A DNA stretch of 42,780 nucleotides. Origin: Enterobacteria phage mEp043 c-1. Below the pieces are notes generated by a model. It saw only the letters and a program-made list of their open reading frames with translations. It made no database searches and had not been told where the DNA came from. Of the stretch, positions 1-9,461 are shown one piece after another. The stretch's first letter is position 1. Each line of letters begins with the position of its first letter. Both the position numbers and the translations under genes were made by a program. The stretch lies in sequence record NC_019706.1; one strand, given 5' to 3'.

Positions 1-501
1 GTGTTCACCATCATGGACCAGGAAATTGCCACTTTAAAACTCAATATCAACCAGCTGGCAGGGATAACCGGCGTACACCGTCAGACGGTTGCCGCGAGAC
101 TGAAAAATGTTGAACCTGCTCCAGGCAGCAACAGCAAGTTAAAGCTCTATCTGGTGACCGACATTCTGACCGAACTGATGATCCCTACCGTTTCGGCCAA
201 CATCGACGATATGCCCCCTTCTGACAGGCTGTCCCACTGGAAAGCAGAGAACGAGAGGCTGAAGTTCGAACAGGATACGGGGCAGTTAATACCCGCAGAT
301 GAAGTGGCGCGAGAATTCTCATTGATGGCGAAAGCCGTCGTCATGGTACTTGAAACCCTCCCGGATGTGCTCGAGCGCGACTGTGCTTTAACGCCTGCTG
401 CGGTAGTTCGTGTGCAAAGCGTTATCGATGATCTGCGCGACCAGATGGCGGAGAAGGTGCAGGACGCTGGAAAAGAGGAGGAGCAGCCTGAGGAGGACTG
501 A
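1..501 (+). CDS. Terminase small subunit (Nu1-position, HTH DNA-binding)
   Basis: 166-aa ORF immediately upstream of and overlapping the large terminase start (ATGA-type junction at 499-503); N-terminal helix-turn-helix-like segment; acidic C-terminus. Window begins at a GTG; an in-frame ATG at 13 is an alternative start. Confidence 0.6.
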   Translation: MFTIMDQEIATLKLNINQLAGITGVHRQTVAARLKNVEPAPGSNSKLKLYLVTDILTELMIPTVSANIDDMPPSDRLSHWKAENERLKFEQDTGQLIPADEVAREFSLMAKAVVMVLETLPDVLERDCALTPAAVVRVQSVIDDLRDQMAEKVQDAGKEEEQPEED

Positions 502-2603
502 TGGCAAAGCGGGCATCCGCCAGGGACATCCGCCGCGATGTTTCCGGTATTTTACGAGCCCCGCGTCGTATGCCGGTGGCCGATGCGGTCAGTACTTATA
601 TGCGCGTGCCAATGGGGGCGGGAAACTCAGTTCCGTGGGATCCGGATCTGGCACCCTATGTGATTGAGCCGATGAACTGTCTGGCATCGCGTGAATACGA
701 TGCGGTGGTGTTTGTGGGCCCAGCGCGAACGGGTAAAACCATCGGGCTGATTGACGGCTGGATCGTTTATAACATTGTCTGCGATCCGGCAGATATGCTT
801 GTAATTCAGGTATCTGAGGAAAAAGCGCGCGAGCATTCCAAAAAACGCCTGGACCGTACTTTTCGCTGTAGCCCTGAAGTTAAAACCCGGCTAAGCCCAA
901 GACGTAACGATAACAACGTCTACGACCGTACATTCCGCGCCGGTAACTATCTGAAGCTGGGCTGGCCATCCGTCAATATCATGTCGTCCTCGGACTATAA
1001 AAGTGTGGCGCTGACGGATTATGACCGCTTTCCGGAAGATATCGACGGGGAGGGGGATGCTTTTTCACTGGCATCGAAACGAACCACGACATTCATGTCC
1101 TCCGGGATGACGCTGGTTGAGAGCTCGCCCGGGAGGGATATCAGAGACACAAAATGGCGGCGCTCCACGCCCCATGAAGCCCCTCCGACCACCGGAATTT
1201 TATCGCTCTATAACCGTGGTGACCGCCGTCGTCTTTACTGGCCATGCCCGCATTGCGGCGAATATTTCCAGCCGGAAATGGACAATATGACCGGATACCG
1301 CGACAGCAGCGATCCTGTGCTTGCCAGCGAAGCGGCGTTTCTTCAGTGCCCTGCCTGTAAAGGCAGGATCACACCGGACATGAAGCGTGCGCTTAACATG
1401 AAATGTGTCTGGCTCCGGGACGGGCAAACCATCGACAGGAAAGGCCTGGTTAGCGGTGATGGCCGTCGTTCCCGTATTGCCTCCTTCTGGATGGAAGGTC
1501 CGGCAGCTGCTTACCAGACCTGGGCGCAGCTTATTTATAAGTTTCTGACCGCCGAGCAGGAATATGAATCCACGCGCAGCGAAGAAACCCTGAAGACGGT
1601 GATCAACACCGATTTCGGCAGGCCCTATTTGCCGCGGGCCAGCATGGAGCAGCGTAAAAGTGAATTGCTCGAGCAGCGTGCCGAAGAAGTCCCAAAACGT
1701 TCGGTACCCGATGGCGTGCAGTTTCTCACTGCGACCGTGGACGTGCAGGCCGGGCGCAACCGGCGCTTTGTTGTGCAGATTACGGGTTATGGAAGTATGG
1801 GTGAGCGCTGGATAGTTGACCGTTACAACATCCGGCATTCGCTGCGCTGCGACGGCAACGGGGAAAGCATTCAGGTGGATCCGGCGAGCTATCCGGAGGA
1901 CTGGGATCTTTTACTCACCGACGTCTTTGATAAAACGTGGCCACTCGCAGCTGACCCGTCAAAGGGCATGCGGCTGATGTCGATGGCCGTGGACTCAGGG
2001 GGTGAAGATGGCGTGACGGATAATGCCTACAAATTCTGGCGCAGATGTCGCCGTGAGGGGCTGGGTAAGCGTATCTATCTCTTCAAGGGGGACAGCGTCA
2101 GGCGCAGCAAACTTATCCAGCGAACGTTTCCCGACAACACGGGCAGATCAACGCGCCGCGCACAGGCGACGGGTGATGTGCCTCTTTATCTTCTCCAGAC
2201 CGATGCCCTTAAAGACCGGGTGAATAATGCGCTGTGGCGTGATTCACCCGGCCCTGGCTATGTGCATTTCCCCGCCTGGCTGGGCAGCTGGTTCTATGAC
2301 GAACTGACGTATGAGGAACGCTCGAATGAAGGGAAATGGAGTAAGCCCGGCCGGGGCGCAAACGAAGCATTTGACCTGCTCGTTTATGCCGACGCGCTCG
2401 CCATCCTTAGTGGTTACGAAAAAATCAAATGGCCGTCAGCTCCTGAGTGGGCACGGCGGGAAACGTGGATCGAGGACACGCAGACGGAAACTGGCGAAAT
2501 GCCATCCCCGCCGCCTGCGCCGAAATCTAAATCAAAACCAAAACGTGAGAAGCCCGTAACCGAGCAGGCTAATCCGTGGTCTTCGTCAGGAGGTTGGGTG
2601 TGA
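501..2603 (+). CDS. Terminase large subunit (lambda gpA family)
   Basis: 700-aa ORF, first large gene after the small terminase and directly upstream of the portal gene; size and position typical of gpA-type terminase. Confidence 0.85.
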   Translation: MAKRASARDIRRDVSGILRAPRRMPVADAVSTYMRVPMGAGNSVPWDPDLAPYVIEPMNCLASREYDAVVFVGPARTGKTIGLIDGWIVYNIVCDPADMLVIQVSEEKAREHSKKRLDRTFRCSPEVKTRLSPRRNDNNVYDRTFRAGNYLKLGWPSVNIMSSSDYKSVALTDYDRFPEDIDGEGDAFSLASKRTTTFMSSGMTLVESSPGRDIRDTKWRRSTPHEAPPTTGILSLYNRGDRRRLYWPCPHCGEYFQPEMDNMTGYRDSSDPVLASEAAFLQCPACKGRITPDMKRALNMKCVWLRDGQTIDRKGLVSGDGRRSRIASFWMEGPAAAYQTWAQLIYKFLTAEQEYESTRSEETLKTVINTDFGRPYLPRASMEQRKSELLEQRAEEVPKRSVPDGVQFLTATVDVQAGRNRRFVVQITGYGSMGERWIVDRYNIRHSLRCDGNGESIQVDPASYPEDWDLLLTDVFDKTWPLAADPSKGMRLMSMAVDSGGEDGVTDNAYKFWRRCRREGLGKRIYLFKGDSVRRSKLIQRTFPDNTGRSTRRAQATGDVPLYLLQTDALKDRVNNALWRDSPGPGYVHFPAWLGSWFYDELTYEERSNEGKWSKPGRGANEAFDLLVYADALAILSGYEKIKWPSAPEWARRETWIEDTQTETGEMPSPPPAPKSKSKPKREKPVTEQANPWSSSGGWV

Positions 2604-2815
2604 ATCCAGCAGATATTCAAAACATGATCGACAGCTACGCTGCAGCCGAGCTGTCTGTTCTGGAGGGGAAATCAATCACTTTCAACGGGCAGCAGATGAC
2701 GCTCGAAAACCTGTCGGAAATCAGAAAAGGCCGTCAGGAATGGGAGCGACGACTGGCTACGCTCAATAACAAACGCCGCGGGCGACCCGGCTACAGGCTG
2801 GCGAGGTTTGGATGA
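2600..2815 (+). CDS. Head-tail joining protein (gpW-position)
   Basis: Small ORF between terminase and portal; GTG at 2600 preceded by AGGAGG (2588-2593); stop overlaps portal ATG (ATGA at 2812-2815). Alternative starts at 2576 (GTG) and 2624 (ATG). Confidence 0.45.
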   Translation: MNPADIQNMIDSYAAAELSVLEGKSITFNGQQMTLENLSEIRKGRQEWERRLATLNNKRRGRPGYRLARFG

Positions 2816-4311
2816 GTTTTTTAGATGATGCGATAGGCCTGTTTTCACCAGGCTGGAAAGCCTCACGCCTGCGTGCCCGCGCAGTTATTAAGGCGTATGA
2901 GGCGGTAAAGCAAACGCGTACCCACAAAGCCCAGAAGGAAAATCGTTCAGCCGATCAGCTCAGCCAGATGGGGGCGGTTTCACTGAGGCAGCAGGCGCGC
3001 TGGCTGGACAACAACCACGATCTGGTGATTGGCGTTTTCGACAAGCTGGAAGAAAGGGTGGTGGGTGCGAAGGGCATCATAGTTGAACCGCATCCGATGC
3101 TGACTAACGGGAAGATAGCTAAAAAGCTGGCCACTGACATCCGCAGAAAGTGGGGCGAATGGTCCGTAAGACCCGATGTTACAACCCAGTTTACCCGCCC
3201 CATGCTGGAGCGGCTGATGCTGCGAACGTGGCTCCGGGACGGTGAGGTATTTGCTCAGCTGGTTCGCGGTACCGGAAATGGTCTTCAGCCGGTTGCTGGC
3301 GTGCCGTTCTGGCTGGAAGCGCTGGAGCCGGACTTCGTGCCGATGAACAGCGATGCCGCCACCCAGCTCAATCAGGGCGTTTTTGTCGATAACTGGGGGC
3401 GCCCGAAAAAATATCAGGTCTATAAAAGCCTGCCAGTATCCGGGCGTCAGTTCGATACCAAAGAGATAGATGCAGAAAACATGCTGCATCTCAAATTCAC
3501 ACGACGCCTGCACCAGACCCGCGGAACGTCTCTATTGTCAGGTGTTCTGATGCGTCTGAGCGCGCTGAAAGAGTACGAGGACTCGGAGCTTACTGCTGCC
3601 AGAATTGCTGCGGCACTCGGCATGTATATCAAAAAAGGCGACGGACAGAGCTTCGATTCTGATTCAAGCAGCGATGACCGCGAGCTGATGATTCAGCCCG
3701 GTATGCTCTATGACGAACTGCAGGCCGGGGAAGAAATCGGGATGATTAAATCCGATCGCCCGAACCCTAACCTCGAATCTTTTCGTAACGGACAGCTGCG
3801 TGCCGTGTCCGCCGGCAGTCGCCTCAGCTTTTCCAGCACATCCAGAAACTACAACGGAACGTACAGTGCCCAGCGGCAGGAGCTTGTCGAGTCAACCGAC
3901 GGATATCTGATTCTTCAGGACTGGTTCATCGGTTCAGTGACCCGGCCCATGTACCGGGCCTGGCTGAAGATGGCTATTGCTGCCGGAGAAATCAAGCTGC
4001 CGAGAGGCATCGATATGGACTCGCTTTATAACGCGGTTTATTCGGGGCCCGTTATGCCGTGGATTGATCCCGTTAAAGAAGCGAATGCCTGGAAAACGCA
4101 GATCCGCGGCGGTGCTGCTACTGAATCCGACTGGATACGTGCCAGCGGTCGCAACCCGGATGATGTTAAGTCACGCCGTAAAGCGGAGGTTGACGAGAAC
4201 CGTGAACAGGGACTGGTGTTTGACACCGACCCCGCCAATGATAAAGGAGGCACCAGTGCCGAAGCCAAAGAACCGGGCGCGCCACCGTCCGAAAGCCAGC
4301 GCAAAAAGTAA
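2812..4311 (+). CDS. Portal protein (gpB-like)
   Basis: 499-aa ORF following terminase and W in conserved head-gene order; acidic C-terminal tail. Confidence 0.85.
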   Translation: MSFLDDAIGLFSPGWKASRLRARAVIKAYEAVKQTRTHKAQKENRSADQLSQMGAVSLRQQARWLDNNHDLVIGVFDKLEERVVGAKGIIVEPHPMLTNGKIAKKLATDIRRKWGEWSVRPDVTTQFTRPMLERLMLRTWLRDGEVFAQLVRGTGNGLQPVAGVPFWLEALEPDFVPMNSDAATQLNQGVFVDNWGRPKKYQVYKSLPVSGRQFDTKEIDAENMLHLKFTRRLHQTRGTSLLSGVLMRLSALKEYEDSELTAARIAAALGMYIKKGDGQSFDSDSSSDDRELMIQPGMLYDELQAGEEIGMIKSDRPNPNLESFRNGQLRAVSAGSRLSFSSTSRNYNGTYSAQRQELVESTDGYLILQDWFIGSVTRPMYRAWLKMAIAAGEIKLPRGIDMDSLYNAVYSGPVMPWIDPVKEANAWKTQIRGGAATESDWIRASGRNPDDVKSRRKAEVDENREQGLVFDTDPANDKGGTSAEAKEPGAPPSESQRKK

Positions 4312-4324
4312 TTCGTGGTTCCGC

Positions 4325-6271
4325 ATGCAGGCCAGCAATAACAGCGAGGCCGACATTTTTATCTATGACGAAATCGGGTACTGGGGCGTAACGGCGAAAC
4401 AGTTCGTCAATGATCTCCGGGCACTTGGGGACGTCACCCACATCAACCTTTATATCAACTCGCCAGGTGGTGATGTCTTCGACGGTATTGCTATTTATAA
4501 CGCGCTGAAGCACCACGGCGCGGCGATTACCGTGCATATCGACGGTCTCGCGGCCTCCATGGCCTCGGTGATTGCGATGGTAGGCAATCCGGTCATCATG
4601 CCTGAAAACACGATGATGATGATCCATAAGCCCTGGGGGTTTGCTGGTGGTGACGCGAGCGATATGCGCGACTATGCAGATCTTCTCGACAAGGTTGAAT
4701 CCGTTCTTATCCCGGCTTATGCGCAGAAAACCGGAAAATCCACCGAAGAAATTGCGGCAATGCTGGAGGACGAAACCTGGATGAACGGCAGCGAGTGCCT
4801 TGAACTGGGTTTTGCCGACCAGGTGACACCATCCCTTCAGGCTATGGCCTGTATTCATTCAAAACGTATTGAGGAATTTGAAAAAATGCCAAAAAGCATT
4901 CGCAACATGATCACCCCGCCGCGCAACACTACCCAGCGTGACCCGGTTATTACCCAGCCTCAGGAACCGCAGGCAAAAACAGACCCGGCACCGGATGAAA
5001 ATGTGATCCGCGCGCAGGTGTTGGCTGAGCAGAAAGCCCGTGTTAACGCTATCGGCGATCTCTTTGCCATGTTCGGCAATAAGCACATGGAACTGCAGAA
5101 TCAGTGTGTGGCCGACCCTGATTGTTCCGTCGATAAGGCGAAAGATTTGCTGCTGGCAGAACTCGGTAAAACGGCCACGCCGTCCAATAAAACCACCCAG
5201 CCGCATATTCATGCGGGCAATGGTAACTTCGTCGCGGATGGTATTCGCCAGGCACTGATGGCGCGTGCCGGGTTCGAAGGTCAGGAGCGGGATAACGTTT
5301 ATAACGGTATGACGCTGCGCGAGTATGCGCGTATGGCCCTGACTGAAAAAGGTATCGGCGTGGCCAGCTACAACCCGATGCAGATGGTTGGCCTGGCGCT
5401 GACCCACAGCACCTCTGACTTTGGCAACATTCTGCTTGATGTTGCGAACAAAGCGCTGATTCAGGGCTGGGACGAGGCGCAGGAAACCTTCGAACAGTGG
5501 ACCAAAAAAGGCCAGCTGTCGGACTTCAAAACGGCGCATCGTGTCGGCATGGGTGGTTTCCCTTCTCTGCGACAGGTTCGCGAAGGGGCTGAGTACAAGT
5601 ACATCACTACCAGTGACAAAGGCGAAACCATCGCGCTTGCCACGTATGGTGAAATCTTCTCAGTAACCCGCCAGGCGATCATCAACGACGATCTGAACCA
5701 GCTTACCGACGTACCGATGAAGATGGGGCGCGCGGCGAAAGCAACGATTGGCGATCTGGTTTACGCCATTCTGACCAAAAACCCGAAACTCTCAGACGGA
5801 AAGGCGCTGTTCCATGCCGATCACAAGAACCTGAGCTCGGGCGCAATTTCTGTGGCCAGCCTGGACGAATCGCGCAAGCTGATGCGTCTGCAGAAGGAGA
5901 GGGAGCGAACCCTGAATATCCGTCCGGCCTACATGCTGGTGCCCGTCGCCCTGGAAACTCTGGCAAATCAGACCATCAAGTCGGCCAGTGTTAAAGGTGC
6001 AGACATCAATGCCGGGATCGTTAACCCTATCCAGAACTTTGCAGAAGTCATTGCCGAACCACGCCTGGATGAAGCTGATGCGAAAGCCTGGTATCTGGCT
6101 GCCGCGAAGGGCACCGACACCATCGAGGTCGCTTATCTCAACGGCGTCGACACGCCATACATCGATCAGCAGGAAGGCTTCACCACTGATGGTATCGCCA
6201 CGAAAGTGCGTATTGATGCCGGTGTGGCGCCGCTGGACTATCGCGGCATGACCAAATCCTCTGGTCAGTAA
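4325..6271 (+). CDS. Prohead protease (ClpP/S14-like) fused to a major capsid protein domain
   Basis: First in-frame ATG after the portal stop. N-terminal region has ClpP-like motifs (INSPGGDV, GLAASMAS, MIHKPWG); C-terminal about 330 aa resemble Mu gpT-type major head subunit. The track ORF 3977-6271 has a 5' extension overlapping the portal that is probably not translated. Confidence 0.8.
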   Translation: MQASNNSEADIFIYDEIGYWGVTAKQFVNDLRALGDVTHINLYINSPGGDVFDGIAIYNALKHHGAAITVHIDGLAASMASVIAMVGNPVIMPENTMMMIHKPWGFAGGDASDMRDYADLLDKVESVLIPAYAQKTGKSTEEIAAMLEDETWMNGSECLELGFADQVTPSLQAMACIHSKRIEEFEKMPKSIRNMITPPRNTTQRDPVITQPQEPQAKTDPAPDENVIRAQVLAEQKARVNAIGDLFAMFGNKHMELQNQCVADPDCSVDKAKDLLLAELGKTATPSNKTTQPHIHAGNGNFVADGIRQALMARAGFEGQERDNVYNGMTLREYARMALTEKGIGVASYNPMQMVGLALTHSTSDFGNILLDVANKALIQGWDEAQETFEQWTKKGQLSDFKTAHRVGMGGFPSLRQVREGAEYKYITTSDKGETIALATYGEIFSVTRQAIINDDLNQLTDVPMKMGRAAKATIGDLVYAILTKNPKLSDGKALFHADHKNLSSGAISVASLDESRKLMRLQKERERTLNIRPAYMLVPVALETLANQTIKSASVKGADINAGIVNPIQNFAEVIAEPRLDEADAKAWYLAAAKGTDTIEVAYLNGVDTPYIDQQEGFTTDGIATKVRIDAGVAPLDYRGMTKSSGQ

Positions 6272-6293
6272 AAAACAGTCCTGACAAACAGAC

Positions 6294-6312
6294 GCCCGTA
6301 AGGGCTTTTTTT
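6294..6312 (+). terminator. Rho-independent terminator/attenuator after the capsid gene
   Basis: GCCC-GTAA-GGGC hairpin followed by a T7 run, 23 nt after the capsid stop. A second stem-loop (CAGCCCC-GCAA-GGGGCTG, 6324-6341) sits just before the next RBS. Confidence 0.5.
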
Positions 6313-6353
6313 ATACCTGAAACCAGCCCCGCAAGGGGCTGAATGGAGAAGTT

Positions 6354-6680
6354 ATGGCTAAGAACTATGCGCAGGACGGGAAAACGATCCCTCTGGTAAA
6401 CGGCGGTGCAACCGATGTTCACAGCGGCGACCCGGTTGTTGTTGGAAAACTTATCGCGGTGGCAATTACCGATATCCCGGCTGGCGATACCGGGGACGGT
6501 TTTACTGAGGGTGTTTTCCTTCTGCCAAAAGTATCCGCAGATGCGGTTAATGCCGGGGCGCAGGTGTATCTGAAGGACGGCAAAATCACGATCGAAGAAA
6601 CGGACGCCGTTGCCGCGGGCATCGCCTGGGAAGATGCAGGGGCAAACACCACCGTTGTTGAAGTTAAGATCAATGCCTAA
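6354..6680 (+). CDS. Head decoration-like protein
   Basis: 108-aa Gly/Ala/Val-rich ORF with GGAG RBS, directly after the major capsid gene. Confidence 0.5.
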   Translation: MAKNYAQDGKTIPLVNGGATDVHSGDPVVVGKLIAVAITDIPAGDTGDGFTEGVFLLPKVSADAVNAGAQVYLKDGKITIEETDAVAAGIAWEDAGANTTVVEVKINA

Positions 6681-6948
6681 CCCCTTTGACCGGATGGCGG
6701 CGCGCATGGACGCGGCCACCATAAAAAAGATGGGAAAGACAGCGATCATCAATGGCAGCAGCTATGACGTTGTTCCAGCCGATCAACTCGAGGAAATGGG
6801 ACCATTGTCGGGAACAGGTACTTCGCTGGTGGTTTTCTCTGAGCTTTACCAGCCACGCCGAAACGACAGCGTCGACTACGACGGTAAGAACCTGACCGTT
6901 ACCCGCTATGACATGTTCAACGGAAAACCCCACATCCATCTCGAATGA
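6673..6948 (+). CDS. Head-tail attachment protein (FII-position)
   Basis: 91-aa ORF starting at an ATG that overlaps the upstream stop (6673-6680); lies between head and tail-completion genes. Confidence 0.45.
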   Translation: MPNPFDRMAARMDAATIKKMGKTAIINGSSYDVVPADQLEEMGPLSGTGTSLVVFSELYQPRRNDSVDYDGKNLTVTRYDMFNGKPHIHLE

Positions 6949-6957
6949 GGAGGCGCT

Positions 6958-7536
6958 ATGTCTGTGAAAGGACTGGAAAGGGCTATTCAGAACCTGAACA
7001 GCCTCAGCCGGTTAATCGTTCCTGAGGCAACCGCAAAAGCACTAAACCGGGTGGCCAGCAGAACGATAAGCCAGGGGAGCAAAGCTGTAGCGAAAGAAGC
7101 AACAGTTGATGATAACCGGAAAAAGGGACTTCCGGTTCGTCTGGTCCGCCAGCGTTCCCGTCTGCGCAAGGCTCGTCACGATCGCCAGGTCGCGTCGATA
7201 AAAATCAACCGCGGTAATCTTCCTGCGATAAAGCTCGGCACGGCGCGCGTCCGGCTCTCGCGTAAAAAAGGGGCCAGAAACGGAGCGGGCAGCGTCCTTA
7301 AAATCGGGCCCTATACCTTTCGTAACGCTTTTATCCAACAGCTCTCGAACGGGCGCTGGCAGGTCATGCGGCGCGTAGGTCAGGCCCGTTATCCGATTGA
7401 TGTGGTCAAAGTTCCTCTTGAGACACCGCTCACCGTGGCCTTCACCGCTATTTCAAAGCGCCTTATTGAAAGCGATATGCCCAAAGAACTTTCCGCAGCC
7501 CTGAAAAACCAACTGAGGATCCACCTGAAGCGATGA
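6958..7536 (+). CDS. Z: Tail completion protein Z
   Basis: 192 aa; strong RBS GAGGAGG; sequence resembles recalled lambda gpZ (AINRVAS, KRYPIDVVK, C-terminal PKEL...QLR motifs). Confidence 0.8.
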   Translation: MSVKGLERAIQNLNSLSRLIVPEATAKALNRVASRTISQGSKAVAKEATVDDNRKKGLPVRLVRQRSRLRKARHDRQVASIKINRGNLPAIKLGTARVRLSRKKGARNGAGSVLKIGPYTFRNAFIQQLSNGRWQVMRRVGQARYPIDVVKVPLETPLTVAFTAISKRLIESDMPKELSAALKNQLRIHLKR

Positions 7537-7934
7537 ACAGACACAGCGCAATTCGTGCAGCCATTCTGGCAAAACTGAAAGCCGAGATCACCGACACGGT
7601 CACCTGGTTTGACGGGCGCCCTGTTTTTCTTGAAGAGCAGGATCTCCCTGCCGTGGCTGTATACCTTTCTGACGCGGAGTACACCGGCGACTCGCTTGAC
7701 GAAGATTCGTGGCAGGCGGTTGTTCACATCGAGGTATTTCTTAAAGCCTCCAGCCCCGACAGCGCGCTTGATTCCTGGATGGAAGAGAAAGTGTATCCGG
7801 CAATGGCCTTCATCCCGGGTCTGACCGAACTGGTCGAGACGTTCACCCCGCAGGGTTATGACTATCAGCGGGATGATGAAATGGCCACCTGGGGTTCAGT
7901 CGATTTCACGTACTTAATCACCTATTCAATTTAA
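7533..7934 (+). CDS. U: Tail terminator protein U
   Basis: 133 aa; ATGA overlap with Z; resembles recalled lambda gpU (FDGRP, PAVAVYL..AEYTG, GYDY..DD, DFTY.ITY). Confidence 0.85.
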   Translation: MNRHSAIRAAILAKLKAEITDTVTWFDGRPVFLEEQDLPAVAVYLSDAEYTGDSLDEDSWQAVVHIEVFLKASSPDSALDSWMEEKVYPAMAFIPGLTELVETFTPQGYDYQRDDEMATWGSVDFTYLITYSI

Positions 7935-7943
7935 GAGGTACTT

Positions 7944-8687
7944 ATGCCTACTCCAAACCCGCTGGCCCCCGTGAAAGGTGCCGGTACCACACTCTGGCTT
8001 TACACCGGAACGGGCAACGCTTTCGCTAACCCACTCTCGGATATCGACTGGAACCGCCTGGCGAAAATTAAAGAGCTGACGCCGGGCGAAATGACCGCAG
8101 AATCGTATGACGACACTTACCTCGACGACGAGGATGCCGACTGGAACGCGACGGCCCAGGGGGCAAAATCTGCTGGCGATACCTCGTTCACCCTCGCCTG
8201 GAAGCCGGGCGAAGAAGGGCAAAAAGACCTTGTCGCATGGTTTATTGATGGCTCAGTACGTTATTACAAAATCAAATACCCGAACGGTACCGTCGACGTT
8301 TTCTGTGGCTGGTGCAGCAGCCTGGGTAAAGCCATTCCGGCAAAAGAGGTCATTACCCGTACAGCGAAAATCACCAATACCGGCAAGCCGGAACTGGCAG
8401 AAGAAAGCGGGACCCCGAATATCCCCGTGACCGGCGTTACGCTCGATAAAGCCACGGCAAGCGTGGTCGTCGGCGCAACCACAACGCTCAATGTGACGGT
8501 TAACCCTGCCAGTGCCTCAGATACCTCGTTCCGCGTGGCAACCTCCGACGGGGCAAAAGCAACGGTCACCGTTAGCGGCAACGCGATCACCGTCACCGGC
8601 GTGGCGGCAGGCACCGCTGACGTTATTGTTATGACCAGCGACGGTAATTTCGTTGCGGTCTGCAAAGTCACCGTAACTGCAGCGTAA
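7944..8687 (+). CDS. V: Major tail protein V with C-terminal Ig-like domain
   Basis: 247 aa; N-terminal half closely matches recalled lambda gpV ([18 protein letters not shown]); C-terminal Thr/Val-rich segment typical of an Ig-like fold. Confidence 0.9.
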   Translation: MPTPNPLAPVKGAGTTLWLYTGTGNAFANPLSDIDWNRLAKIKELTPGEMTAESYDDTYLDDEDADWNATAQGAKSAGDTSFTLAWKPGEEGQKDLVAWFIDGSVRYYKIKYPNGTVDVFCGWCSSLGKAIPAKEVITRTAKITNTGKPELAEESGTPNIPVTGVTLDKATASVVVGATTTLNVTVNPASASDTSFRVATSDGAKATVTVSGNAITVTGVAAGTADVIVMTSDGNFVAVCKVTVTAA

Positions 8688-8697
8688 GGAAGGACGC

Positions 8698-9138
8698 ATG
8701 TTTCTGAAAAAAGAGAAGTTCACCTGGCAAACAGAGTCCCTGACCATCTTCGAGCTGTCGGCCCTTCAGCGTATTGAGTTCCTCACGTTTATGGCAAATG
8801 AGGAGAAGGCCGTCAGCGCTGACAGCGATGGCATAAGCGATCAGGAAGTCACGACCCGGCTGATAGGTTCAAATATTCGCTGCGGTGCGCGCTTGATCGC
8901 GATGTCTTTGTGGCATAACGAGCCGGCCGGCACGGATGTGGAAACGTTGTATCAGCAGGTCCTGAGCAGCTGGCCGCCGGAGGCTATCGGCAAAGCCGAA
9001 ATGCAGGTCAAGCTACTATCAGGCATGTTATTCCCCGTTGAAGATGAGAAAGTTGATCATCAGGACGTGGAGGGTTTAACTGACTCCTCTGCTAACGAAG
9101 AATCCGTTACCGCGGAAAAGCCCTTGCCAGCGAGCTGA
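8698..9138 (+). CDS. G: Tail assembly chaperone G
   Basis: 146 aa; resembles recalled lambda gpG (ELSALQRIE, AMSLWHN); directly upstream of the tape measure gene. Confidence 0.85.
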   Translation: MFLKKEKFTWQTESLTIFELSALQRIEFLTFMANEEKAVSADSDGISDQEVTTRLIGSNIRCGARLIAMSLWHNEPAGTDVETLYQQVLSSWPPEAIGKAEMQVKLLSGMLFPVEDEKVDHQDVEGLTDSSANEESVTAEKPLPAS

Positions 9139-9461
9139 AGTTTGTCCTGAATCTGGCGCGCGAGTTCGGTCGACCCGACTGGCGCGCCATGCTGGCTGGG
9201 ATGACTTCCAGTGAACTGGGCGACTGGCACCTGTTCTACCGGGAGCATTATTTTCAGGACGCGCAGCTCGATGCGCATTTCTCCGGGCTGCTTTATTCCA
9301 TCTCCACTCTTTTCTTCCGCGATCCGGAACTTACCCCCGCACATTTCAGCCTGCTTTCTCCTTCGGAAAGCGTCATCAGCGATGACGAGCCGGATGATGA
9401 TACGCTGATGACCGCCGCTGAGGGGATAACAGGAGGTATCCGATATGGCCCAGCAGATTAG
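8698..9461 (+). CDS. T: Tail assembly chaperone GT, predicted product of a -1 ribosomal frameshift near 9112-9120
   Basis: The -1 frame is open from 9084 and continues to 9461 encoding a gpT-like segment (GDWHLFYREHYF, FSGLLYS, GGIRYGP); conserved G/T arrangement before the tape measure gene. Exact slip site not resolved. Confidence 0.65.

Noticed and set aside
1200-1838. 212-aa minus-strand ORF inside the large terminase gene, and similar antisense ORFs inside J (17928-18401), H (9060-9641), portal (2980-3513) and the helicase (35287-35736)
   Set aside because: All are embedded antisense in strongly supported genes, lack RBS support, and in J simply mirror the tandem repeat.
3977-4324. 5' extension of the protease-capsid ORF overlapping the portal gene
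   Set aside because: It lies entirely within the portal coding region in another frame and is basic and low-complexity; the real start is taken as the first ATG after the portal stop (4325).
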